Source of the DNA: Balanoglossus misakiensis
Taxonomy: Eukaryota > Animalia > Hemichordata
Direction of reading: 5' to 3'
NCBI GenBank assembly: GCA_040954595.2
Contig: CM082579.2
Location: forward strand, 1,873,908 to 1,937,907
Length of the DNA stretch: 64,000 nt
The notes under the pieces are model-generated. The model did no database searches. It was not told the origin of the DNA and saw nothing but the letters and a program-made list of their open reading frames with translations. Each line of letters starts with the position of its first letter. Within the stretch, counting starts at the first letter, position 1. Position numbers and translations under genes: made by a program. Of this stretch, positions 25,401 through 37,500 are shown piece after piece.

Positions 25401-28400
25401 ACTCTAACCTTTTATTCCTGTAGAGTATATTGAACACCAGAAAGCCCAGTGCCAGGCAAACGCCAAACACGGCCATTGTTAACATGCACCACATCGCTGC
25501 TGTGGAAACGGTTTGCAGTTTGACAGTCCTGATTGTGGTATCACTATCTGAGGGAGGATGACCGCCTACAGAAGACATCACGAATAAATATCAAGATGTT
25601 GAAACTGACTGGAAATGTAACATTTGTTATAAACAAAAATATGAACTTATTTTCCACGAGATTGTAATTTTAACGAAGAAAGTAGCCGATTTTATCATCA
25701 TTTTATCATCTTGTCTGGTCAACACGCACCGTACTCGCAAAGAACTCACCGGTTTCCTTCCAAATTTCCTCAAATGCTTTGCCCCACACAAGACTGTCAG
25801 TTGTTGCATAATATCTTCCAATTTCGACTTGTGACGAACCTAAATACAAAATGTATCCCAAATGATACGTATTAAGACGGCGAAAGTGTGACTACGGGCA
25901 AGTTTTTTCAGCATTAGCTAAGACGTGCAACTTAGTTTTTTCACCGTCAGCAAATACACAAAGGACGTGGTCGCCATCATTCGATCATCACGGATCGGAA
26001 TAATAAGGTTTTGACGGCAAAATATGGCTTAACGGCGGGATACCGAAACCAATTTCCGAAGATTGTGATATTCATTTCACTGACTTGATTAGAAACTTTG
26101 CTCAAAGGTGATAAAAACCAATATTCCTGCAATTGGCCTACACAGGCCATTCAGAATCGCACCGGGAAGGAAATGTTTACGGAAAATAATGTCAAATACT
26201 TACCTATGTTTTGTTCAATCAATATCACACCTTTCCTATCACCGTCGTCTTTGAACTCCAGCGGACCCTATAGAGATAGTCGGACGATATAAGTGTCAAT
26301 CGCACACAACATTTTAATAAAGTAATAGTTTTCAGGATTAACGTTTGTGTCCAATGCTACCTCGGTGTCGAGAAGAACCGTGTAAGTTGATGGTCGGAGA
26401 GAAGATTTATTAGAGTGAGATCAATTTCTGAGGTGAGATTATTTATATTGTATTTCATTTGATAAAATGTCCACTTACAGAAACACCAAGGAATTTTGTT
26501 TTGTGCATTTCTGCCTTCAAGACGTCAGCTGCCTCTTCGTCTTTGTATTCAAATGTCTCGAGTGTCTTCCCAAGTGGTAACGAGTGAATCGAGTTATTCA
26601 GGGTCACAGCGCATGCCCAAACAGCGTCATAAGCGAATCCCATAATTCGTAAAAACTTGTCCCCGATACACGACTTATTCATGACATCGTGTATCTCGTG
26701 ACTGTATTCTTCCGCAGTCTGTTGACAAAATACACACACCCGTTATTATCAAGCATATATTTCAATTTCAGAATTAAGGTTGAACCCGTGACATTTAATC
26801 GAGTTCAAATGAGAATTACCCCAAGATTGCTAGCGTAAAAATAATTGAGAAATTATAAGGGTTTGTGATCTGTAACAGGAGCAACGTGCAGTCAGAAAAA
26901 AATAATCCTTCTTAAGGGTAGTATGCGCCTCGCAAATGAAAATCATAAACGTTTCTCAAATTTTGCTCATGGCAACTTAAGATTACTCTCTCCTCTAAAA
27001 ATTGTGAATAAGCATTGATGATCATCTTGCAAAATTATGGACGAGAGAGTAAATTTAGCATAGAAGGGAAGAAGTCAGTAAAAACGCGATCACTGGGCTA
27101 TTCACTTACCAACTGAGAAATGGTAGGTCTTGGGTCCGTGCTGAGAGATGCCCATACAACAGAAAAGTACCCAGCCATAGCCATCTTGAGCTCGTCCGCT
27201 GTGCAGTCCACGTCATCCAAATTTTTTTCCCACCATGAATTATGAAAGCCTCCGGGAACAAACCACACATACTTTGGTCCGTAGACACCTTGTTTATATG
27301 CCTGTTTGATATATTAAATTTCGTTGTGTGAGACAAGTTCCGAATAAGGAAACAATTTAAAGTAATAGATTAGGAAAAAAATCTTATATTTGTCTATCTT
27401 GTTTTGATTCATGACAACCCAAGACTTGATAAATTTACAGAGAGCGTGAGGAGATGTCTGTCTTCGATGACACTTAACTATGATTCATCCAATCTGATTC
27501 AAATCAGTTGTGGGGTACTGCGGCGTCCATTACTTGTGCATTCACTCTCTTTCGCAAACGACAGATGCTTACCTCACAGAATACCCGGCTAGCCCTTTCT
27601 TCGAAAAAGTTTCCGAGGATAATCCTCGCATCTTTCTCCTGCCAAGAAAAAAATAGTAACATTACATTTACATTTATTTCGCGGACATGACATGGTCGGC
27701 GTTGGTGGTTCGTTCACAAGAAGCCTGCTCCACGGAAATATGTAAACTATGTAGAACTTTGTAAAAGCGTACTAAGAGCTGCAGAAATCAATCATACAAA
27801 CCTTAATAACTCTGATTTGTGCTGCTGGGTCTGTGCTGAAAGACTCCGAGGCAATGACTGAAATACCAGAATCACCAAGAACTTTCAATAAGTTTGTTGT
27901 CGTCTATTTGGGACGAGAAAAATAAGGAGAAATTGTTCAATGTTTGAAGATTCTCAGTACTGGATCAAAATCTGGATTTTCCAAACGTCGCCATACCTGC
28001 CTTAATTTATCGAAGACAAAACACCGAGTAGATTACCAAAATTTACAGAAACATAGACTTTCATAAGTATATCATGCGTCCCAAATTCGGCATTCAAAAC
28101 AGAAAGTCACAAAGTAACGACGAAATTTTACTCACTGTTGTGTGTGGCTCCATCAGCTGATTAATGGTCGCAACGCGTTCCCATCCTGAATCCCGGATAA
28201 AGGCAAGTCTGGCAGGATTGAAACTATCCATGGATGGAATCGTTCGGAAGAAATAAGGGTATTTATTTCGGTTGGATAAATTGGGAGATGATCCGCCATA
28301 CGTTACCTGAAATAAAGATAATCGTATAACCATAGACATGAGTCTAGCTCACTCTGGACATTACTTCAGACGTAATTCTCATTACCTCTCTTCAGACTAG

Positions 28401-30222
28401 ACAGCGAGAGGTGAAACACTAATTTTCAGCAACAAATTCAGTTGGTCTTATAAAGATTTTACTAATTCCTACCTGGATTAAATTCCAAACACCGGTCAAC
28501 TCGGCTGTCGGTTCTACAATGGAGGAGAAAAGACTGCCGATCATCATAATCTTTGTCGGTGGGTTGTGTAGTTGGTAGTACAACACATCCAGAGCTACTC
28601 CAGTACGTCCCTGTGTGTGAAAATGAAAATGGAAGATTGGGTCGTTGACAGAATACTCACAAGAGAGTGCGTGTTTGCTTTTGTGTGATATTAGTCAAAC
28701 CTTACTGACTGGAATACGTTCAGCTATAAGATTACCTAAGTTCGGTACGATAAAAATCTGCTTTATATCCTAATCAGTCAGTGAGGAAACAGACGCTTGC
28801 TAAATCCGCCGCGCCATCGTATCAGTTTTAGCGATAAGAAGGCTCCCGTGTGGCTTCAGCTACGGACCTGGAAAAGCAGTCCTCCTAGCGTGTTCTAGTT
28901 TTTGGACATGTTCCACTTTGTGTATGTTTTCACCGTGACGATTTGCACCCTACCGAACGCAAAGATTTCAATTTAACTGCTTCTTTGAAATCGATCGTCA
29001 CTATACCGCGGGTACTTGTAATGGTGCGGAGGGAATTGATCAATAACATGCGTATCGTTAATTATATTCCTGTTTTGGTCACTTTAACATTTTCTGTTTT
29101 GTCCAAATGTCACGCCACATGAACTAGAGCAACCACCTGGGATACAGATTCGCTTGTGAATAGATGTCATCATGTTCGAAACGCCTCAACAACGTTCTAT
29201 TCCAAGCACCCGTTAGCATAGACACAAAGATGAGGATACTTCGAGAGAAAAACAAGTTGGCATCGAAGGATGATGCATTCATTACTGCAAATCCCATGCC
29301 AAGCGTTTAGCTGAGCTGACCTTTAAACGCACCCTAAAACCGCGCGAAAGAAAACTTACAGGAAATGATACTTTACTCAAAAGAGCAGCGTGGAGTCAAT
29401 CGCCGGAGAGGCGCGAGTCAGGTCCCGGTGTTCACAGCGGACGCGACGGTTAGACGCCCTATAAATCTTTTCAATAGTGTTTCCATTGCAAAAGAAATCC
29501 CAGGGCCAGTACTTGAAGAAAAGTGTTCTTTCATTTTTCATGTAGCGTGTGAGATTATAGTATTTTATTTACAATTCCGAATAATTATCTTTTCCATCAA
29601 AAATATTCCATTTTCCTGGTTATTAGGCTACATATGACAATAGCCTATAAGTAAACATACCCGTCTTTGAAAAATTGCCTTAACAAAGGAGTGTCTGGCA
29701 ACCTCTAAAAATGATGAGCATTTTCTCTGTTATGTGGACATCTTTCTTTGCTTCCAAAATATAGCAATGTCATCTATCTTGATATTGGATTTAATAATTT
29801 TAGAGAGGGGCACGAAACATCCGGGACACTCTTAAGTCCCTCCTGACAGCTTTTTTTTTCTTGCGGAAATTCATTTTTAAAATCAACTTATTTCGCCGGG
29901 TCGATCTGAAACTCAAGTTGTCGTTGGCAACTTTGAAGGAGTTTGGTTGAATGTAGTTAAATGCGACTGAAAACCACAGGAAAGAAGAAACTACTAGACG
30001 TCTTACCTGTGTGGTATTCGAAATAAGCACAAGTTCGTAGTCAGACAGTATGCTATCGTCTCTGTTAACATGGTCAACAGCGAGATATGTTGACTGTTTC
30101 ACATATTCCGACATCGCGATCCTCGGAGTAGGGAAAAGTCCTCCCAGATACAAAGGGATCTTAGAGGTGCATCGTCCAAACAGCAGAAGCTGCAGAATGA
30201 CTCTCGCGTAAAGATGCAGCAT
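22467..30222 (-). CDS. GABA-B-receptor-like class C GPCR, 16 coding exons, ~765 aa
   Basis: Exons: 30222-30007, 28610-28473, 28306-28136, 27903-27802, 27638-27573, 27301-27110, 26718-26479, 26267-26204, 25839-25750, 25565-25409, 25091-24959, 24823-24716, 24531-24409, 23460-23315, 23013-22821, 22625-22467. Phases are consistent and the total is 2298 nt. GABA-B family motifs: LYLGGLFP, KYPYFFRT, DARIILG, YGPKYVWF, AYDAVW, IKMSSPNINN, GAMFSKTWRV, YKGLLLLFG, LNDSKYVGMSLYNV, FVPK. There is no cysteine-rich domain between the VFT and 7TM, as in GABA-B receptors. Confidence 0.92.
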
Positions 30223-30401
30223 CTTCGCGAAGTTCTGCGTCTCGACTCTTCTGATCCAACGACTACTATGGATTCATAAGTATTCTTCGAAATCCAAGTG
30301 GTGGGATGTCTGATTAACATACATTTCAGAACCATCACCACTTGACACGCTATTTCACCCATTGGTTGATATTTCTGTGCCATTTTTTTCCATTTATTTC
30401 T

Positions 30402-30424
30402 AGAGAGAGAGAGAGAGAGAGAGA
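30402..30424. repeat. (GA)n microsatellite
   Basis: Dinucleotide run ~180 bp upstream of the receptor ATG. Confidence 0.9.
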
Positions 30425-30601
30425 ATTTAGAAGTAACGCAATTAGCAACGTTCCTTTTCCTATTCTTCTGGCCATGTAATTCCTAGGTATGTATGGATTT
30501 TTTCGCGTCCTTCTCTTTTTTAGAGGATACATTGGGTGTGACAATGTCACTTCTATAGGCCTTTAGATTATTCTCGTCCAGCTGATAAGTGAATGTATGA
30601 C

Positions 30602-30640
<39 letters not shown>

Positions 30641-30642
30641 CT

Positions 30643-30694
<52 letters not shown>

Positions 30695-30728
30695 CTTTGT
30701 TGTTGTTGCTGTTGTTGTTGTTGTTGTT
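30602..30728. repeat. Interrupted (TTG/CAA)n microsatellite, ~42 triplets
   Basis: GTT run with two GTCTTT and one GCT interruption. It produces the spurious poly-Asn ORF. Confidence 0.95.
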
Positions 30729-31432
30729 CAACGGTTAAATTTCTCACATACTGATATTACATAATGACTCTATAAATGTCCTTTGCTACGTTTTATGCAT
30801 ATTGTGTTGGTGTGTGTAAGTGCGCATATATTGTATTTCCTTATGCAGCATTAATTCCAGCTTTCCTCAAACAAGAAAAGCATCGATCTGAACTGTTTTG
30901 AAAATTGTTCGTTCTGTGTCCTCTCGCTAAAGGTAGAACTGGTGACATTTTTGAAAGAACTCGTCTCAGTTGGATTTGTGATTTTCTCTTCTCTTCAAAT
31001 GTCCTGCTGATGCGAGAACCGGGATTTGTAATGTGGCCGACAAAGTCGTTTCGTTTGCAGAGTATAATCATACAGAATACGCCAATTTTCTACAATGTAA
31101 AGGCGATTGGAGAACGGCAAAATACAATGTACGAATACAATTACCAGAAGGTCTATGTACGTATATGGATATTTTCTCTTATAGCCTCGAACGCTCCATG
31201 AACTATAAATAGTCTATGAATATAGTCTTTTACTGTCGAAGGAATGCCCTTAGGATATCCAATTACACTTTCCAGATTCAAATTCTTGAATTTTGTTTGT
31301 ATTATGCCGCAAAAATGACGCGCGGGTTTACTGTGCACACGTTTTGTAGCCAGTGATCACCTGTAATTACGGCTATTACAAAAGAACCGACGTAAACATT
31401 TTGAAAATTTAAAAGCAAATTTTAACGTTTAC

Positions 31433-32904
31433 CTTTGCTTGAAGAGTATTGACATCGAGTCTGCCATCAATTTTCACGATCTCAGAATCTTGATATTTCA
31501 GAGAATAAACAAATGATGTATGTTGTATAATTTGCCTCCTTTCAGTAGCATTTGATGCCTAAAAGATAAACCATTGCCCGCCGGATGTTCGCGCTTGCTG
31601 ACACTTTCAAGAGTGTTGAATTCTTATTAAGATTACTTTTAGTTTACTTGTAGTAAATTTGCGCGAGGGATTTTAGAGACAGATTTTCGAATGAGACTGC
31701 TAAACTTCCGTCGGGGCAGTAAGCTTATGGTGAATGAGAGCGCTGCATAACACCTCAGTTTAACTGTACATTCAATCTCTTTCAGGCCTCCTTCCCGTGG
31801 CTAAGTTGTAGGCAGTAACGTATTTGTAGCAATCATGAATATATGGTATTATATTTCTATATGTTAAATTGGTTTTTCATACGTAGGGTGCGGATTTCGG
31901 CAAATAGAAAGCCTCAACTTGTTTAGCAATTATTCCTAAAACCCGTACCTGTAATAATGAGGTATTTTCCAGGGTGTGTACAGCCTCGCTATGAGCTATC
32001 GTGATCTGATACCCAGAAAGTAGTGATTTCATTTGCTTTTCAACAGTGTCTACTTCAGCGAAAGTATGTCTCCATAGAGGGAAGCGTACTACTGTGTGCA
32101 ATGCTTAATCGGTCGGGATTTAATTTTAATTTACAGCTTGTGGGGCTCATGTGATAAACACGTGAGCCAATGTCGTACCGTCAAAAGAGAATGTAGTGAT
32201 CATTTAGGACCTACTGGTAGTAAGTACACATGATTACCTGCGATGATGTTGGGGTAAACAAGTTCAACCAATCAGATGACAGTTCTTCTAACAAAGGAAC
32301 TTCGACCGATAATGTTCCCGAAGTTTTCGCTATGTAAAATGGATTCTGATTGGAATAAATCTCCAGCAATGTGACTCTGTGAAATTTAGCTGATGTTACG
32401 ACACGCTGGCCGTTCAGTGCCGAAACAGGGCGGTAAGCAAATTAGACTTGCTGAATGGCTCGCTTCGAAATGATCCAACCAGCGCTGCACGCAACAAAGA
32501 CGGTCAACAATAGTTACTCAACTACGATATTACCTTACTTATGGTAACTGTTAATTATTACAACTAAAGCAATGATAAATATTAAATGATTGCACACTGA
32601 AAAACACACAAAATAAGAGACTACCTTGAATGTGACCAGGCGTGATAATAAAGACTAGTCAAGTCCAATGTTCCGTAGTTCCGTAGCTTACGAAGAACGC
32701 GACAACACCGCGACAGTTCCGACGTGCAGTCCGAGTAGCGCTCTTGCAAATCTACAGGTAGACAGCGCGGCTTCCAGACGCGGCTTCCAGACCAGTACAA
32801 CATGAGACAGCACAGCTTCCAAGCCGGCGAGAAACGGAACACAGCTCACAGGCCAGTTCAAATTAGCAGCAACCGAACAACGTGGCAACGTGCGGGCTTT
32901 TATA
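31433..32904 (-). other. Candidate orphan spliced transcript (unknown product or lncRNA)
   Basis: TATAAAA at 32904-32898. Splice-bounded segments: ~32870-32625, 32376-32238, ?-31949 and 31558-31433. No recognisable homology. Confidence 0.3.
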
Positions 32905-34502
32905 CGAGAAAAGTAATGAATGCATCACACCTGGTCACGCAAATATTCAAATAACGAAAGTAAACGATAAACACACCTGGTTACGAAAACAATAGCAAAC
33001 TTAATCTACATAACACTGGTGATTTCCCTGTTTTCACCGGAAATCAGCGCCACGCAATGAGCGCCATGCATATCCATACCAAGACGTCATAACTACACCG
33101 TTAATGGCGCACTATAATTCATGTACGTGTACATATGCATGATATGCTAATGCTGGTCATAAGAATTTTACCATCGATTATGTGCAAACTTGGACCAGAA
33201 GGCCAATCAGCTTGGAAAGGGAGGTCAGATACGCAGAATAATGTTCGGCGACCTGTGCCCGGGACATTTGCATATTCATTATGTAAACGACACACAATAC
33301 CAGGCAAAAACTTCGAGCTAAAATCCTACAGCTATGAATAACAGCAACTTTTCATTTATTTGAAAACCTTATTATTTTATTTGAAAACAATTCACATCTA
33401 CTATATAACTTTCCTGTTAAATAAAGATATACAAGAAGAGGACAGAGAAATTTAACAAAAAATATTCAAGACATTTAATTTGATGGAAGATTTTCTCCTG
33501 CTCAAGGACCAGTTGTCACAACTGAACTACAAAACTTTCTTCACTGACCAAAATGATGGAAGTGTTCATGTGTTCTGCAAGTTGAGTTGTTGCAAGTGGT
33601 CACTAGGCATGTTTCAATTGGAAAAACAACATAAATAATCTATATAAATCTAAAATGACCAAACTGATGCCATTTGGGCTGAAAATGAAACTAGCATCAC
33701 TTCCATTGATGTCTGTTTTGGTAGCTTTTTTGTCAGGCAGCTGACTGTACTCTCGGTATTACGGTACTACTTTTATAGTTAGATCTCTCCTTTTCATGGT
33801 GCTTTGCTTACGTGAATGTGTACCTTTAACCCTTTCATCAACATAGTTTGGGCCAAACCCATTGTTTTCTATGGTAAGGTTAGGGAGAAACTGGGGTAGT
33901 TTTCCATGGGAAAAAAAACATTGGTCATGTAATAGTTTAAGCTACACATGTTGGCAGTGTTTCCAATCAACAACCATATAAATCATACGGTACTTAAAAT
34001 GAAATTGAAATTTGGCAGCATTGTAGCCATGTACAGTTCCGCTGCAGTGTTGAAACTGCTGCAACCCTCAAAAGCTAGTTTGGCATAGTCTAGAAAATCT
34101 TAGGCAGTGTTAAACTTGGCAGTGATCCTATACACAACGGTATTTTACATGAACATGAAAACAATTTTTTATCTCCTGGTATGCTCAATCATCAGTTGAG
34201 GTCAGTAGTTCAATATTTCAGCCTAACAGCTTTAGAAGACCCATCAGTGTTTTTACGCAATTAATAATTCTCATAGAACAACTACAAATTCAAAAAAATG
34301 GCAATGATTTCAGTGACCAGGCACAGAAATAGCAATCACACACATGAATCAACAACAAGCAATTTTCCCCCTCATGTAGGCGTGATCCCGTCCACTTTCT
34401 GATACATGGGCCCACATCATGTAATGTGTCCCTTTGAGCAGTCACCATCATCGTGTATCAGACAATACATCTTTACACTGAGTTAGGGGATCTGTTGACT
34501 CC

Positions 34503-37500
34503 CTAGTGGCCCGCCTTTAACATAGGCGAATCCCACACGGCCGAGCTGGTGCGTTTGAAGAAACGTGAGCGTTTCTTTTTGAACATCAAGCTAAGGTCTG
34601 GTGGCTCAACAACATCAAAGAGCAGATCCAAATTGGGTGGACGCAACTCTTGATTCATGAGAGTGGCTTTCAGTGCAGCACCTGCAGAATAAAAAAACAC
34701 AGAAAACATACATTGTAATTTCTACAGTAAAACATGACACACACTGTAATAGTCTACTTTCACTGCAGCAGTGACACTGTTCTCTCATCAAAAATATCAG
34801 TGCTATTACCTTGTGCCCACTTTGGTATCTTCTTTCTGGGTGCATCTTCATCATCTGTGGAATCACCACTTCCCAAATCACCAATATCATAATTCTCTTC
34901 AGTTGCAGGTTTGTATACTCTGTCAAAAAGGGACAAAGTCAGAAAATTAGTAGAAAACTTTCACTCATCATCTCCCCCAAGACTTTCCGTTTTTCTTCTA
35001 ACCAACACTTCCTAATTAATCATTTAATCGATGTAAGTGGCCAGCCAGAGTTTCAATGGCCACAACAACACAGCCAGTCCCCCCAAAACAGGAGCATTAA
35101 AATGTACCTTTGAGGGGTCAACTCGTATGATTCCGATTCCATGGTTATTGTTGTGTTCAGTTTCTTCTGACTTGTGTTGTGTGCAAGGATATTTGCTTTG
35201 AGGCGTTCACGTTCTCTCTCCTCTCGATCTCTCTCCTGCTGTTCCATTTCCTGAGAAGTCAAAGAGGTTTCCAAGGTTACTCTTCTCTTTAATGTACATC
35301 TCTAATGTCGAATTGGCCGTGCTGCACAAGGGCTGAGCATTACAGACTGTGATCAATTCTAGATGTCTTAGGGCCTCCTCTCGCTTTGATATACCATTAT
35401 TGTTCAAAAGATTCAACTGCCAAGGCTAAAAATCAATTTTTTTTAATCAAAATTAAACCTGTTGCCAGAAGACTTTTCAAACTTGTAAAAAAACTTTCTG
35501 AAGCTATTTGAAGAGAATATTGCCTACCCTTTGCAGTCTCATCCTTTCTTCCTTTTCCTCTCTAGTTTTTTTCTCGACTTCTTCTCTTAATCTCCGCTCA
35601 GCTTCTTTACGCTCCATTTCTTCCTGAGCGCGACGTTCGTCTTCTTCCCTGGCTTTGCGTTCTTTCTCAAGTTGCAATCTTCGCTTCTCCTCTTCCTTTC
35701 TCTTTCTTTCTTCTTCTCTTTGTTTCTCCCTTTTTGCAAGTCACAGGAAGAGAGAAAAAAGACATCATGACAATTAATGTGAAGTACTTGTAAGGCCAGC
35801 CAACAGCACCATATTTTACTGTCAACGTTGTGTGGAATCCGTAGTATTAGGGAAATCATTTTACCTTTGTTCTTTGAGTCTTAGCCTCTCTTTTTCTTTC
35901 TCCAATTCCTGCTCCTTTTTCATTTGGATTTCCCGTTCCCGTTCTCTTTCTAATTCCGCCAACCTCTCTTCTTGTCTCTTCCTGGCCTCCTCAAGCTTCT
36001 TGGCCCTTTCTGCATCTTCGTACTCTTTCTTCCTCTGAAGCATTTCATGGTGGCGTCTTTGTTCCTCTTCCTGGAAGAATTTTACATTACATGTGATTAC
36101 TTACTCACGGTTGCCTGGAGAAATAACTTTGCTCTAAGGTTTTTGGTCTTTTGTTATTTGAACACAATATTTTCTTCTATATGAGCCGATCGAGTATATT
36201 GTGTGGACTTCACTTTAATATTCAAACTGAGAATTGCTGAAATTCGGTTGCAGATCAAACCTTCGGGTAATATGGATAACATAGTTTGGTATCAAGGGAA
36301 ATTCTTTGCCGCAAATAACATCAGAAAATGGTAATGATTCTGTGAGACTAACAAACCTGTTCTTTCAATTTTTGAACTCTCATTTCCTCTTCCTGTTTGC
36401 GTCTCGCTTCTGCCTCTGCCTTCTTCTTATTGAATATTTTCTTCTTGTTCATTTCTTCTTTCTTTCTCTCTTCTTTCACCTTCTCCGTCAGGGCTTGTTT
36501 CTGTTCATACTTTTCTTCCATCTGTTGTGCCTTCTCCATTCGTATTTGCTGGCGTTTCTCGCGCGCCTCTGCAGCCCGCTTGGCTCGTTCTTCTCGTTTC
36601 CTGTTGCATATCATTGAGAGAATGTGTCAGCATTATTTCATGGGGAAAAATCTGTTTACAACAGTCCTCAATCAAATCATTCAAGAACACAAAGTATAAG
36701 ATCTTATTGTGTCCATTGTGATAGCCACAAACATGTTCATGTATGTGAATAGCTCTTGGATGTCAAAATGAAGGGGGAGTGTGTAACATATTTGCATAAA
36801 AAGCCACTGACCTCCTTTGTTCTTCCAAACGCTGTGTCCTTTCAACTTCTCGTCTGCGACGGATTTCCTCTTCCTTCTTCTGTTTCTTTTCAATCTGTTG
36901 CTTTATTTCCTTTTGTCTTTCCTGAGCATTGAGTATTCAATGAAATGTGAGCATTGGCAAGAAGTGTAATGGTCAATAATTGCATCAAAAATACAAGGAC
37001 AAAAATTGCGACATGTATAAAAATATATGATGTACATATATTTATGAAGACTACAGCTATAAGTCACAACCATAGTAATGCATTCACTTTAAATTAAGGG
37101 AAAGTATACTGGTTTGCCATGCAAGCCACCTTAATCCCATTCAGTCTTAAAATTAAATAGAGGGGTGACCACCTTAATGTACGAGCAAATGACTGTGGTT
37201 CAGAAAATAACTAGAACATACCAAACATTTTCCCCTTTGTATAAGTACATGCACCAGCACCACCACACAACAACAATAACAAAAACAAAAACACAAAAGA
37301 CGTCACACAACATACCTTGACAGATTTAGCTTTTAGTGGCGTGTTCCTCTTGATAAATGATGTTATGACACCGTTAGCATTTACAGGATAATTACCGCTG
37401 TCTGGGCGTTTTTTGCTAAGCGAGTTCAGTAGGGATGAAACGTGATTTTTATATCGCTGCATTGTCAAAATAGAAGAGGGAAACATGGAAGTGAAGTATA

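Noticed and set aside
26912-27060. Possible degenerate MITE/DNA-transposon fragment in a receptor intron (a similar impression at ~33826-33910)
   Set aside because: No matching terminal inverted repeat, target-site duplication or second copy in the window. It would need a repeat-library search.
30483-30731. Poly-Asn ORF
   Set aside because: It is simply the translation of the (CAA)n microsatellite.
32238-32376. In-frame TGA in an alternative frame of the orphan segment as possible selenocysteine
   Set aside because: The upstream segment has a stop in the matching frame, no SECIS was recognised, and there is no selenoprotein-like motif.
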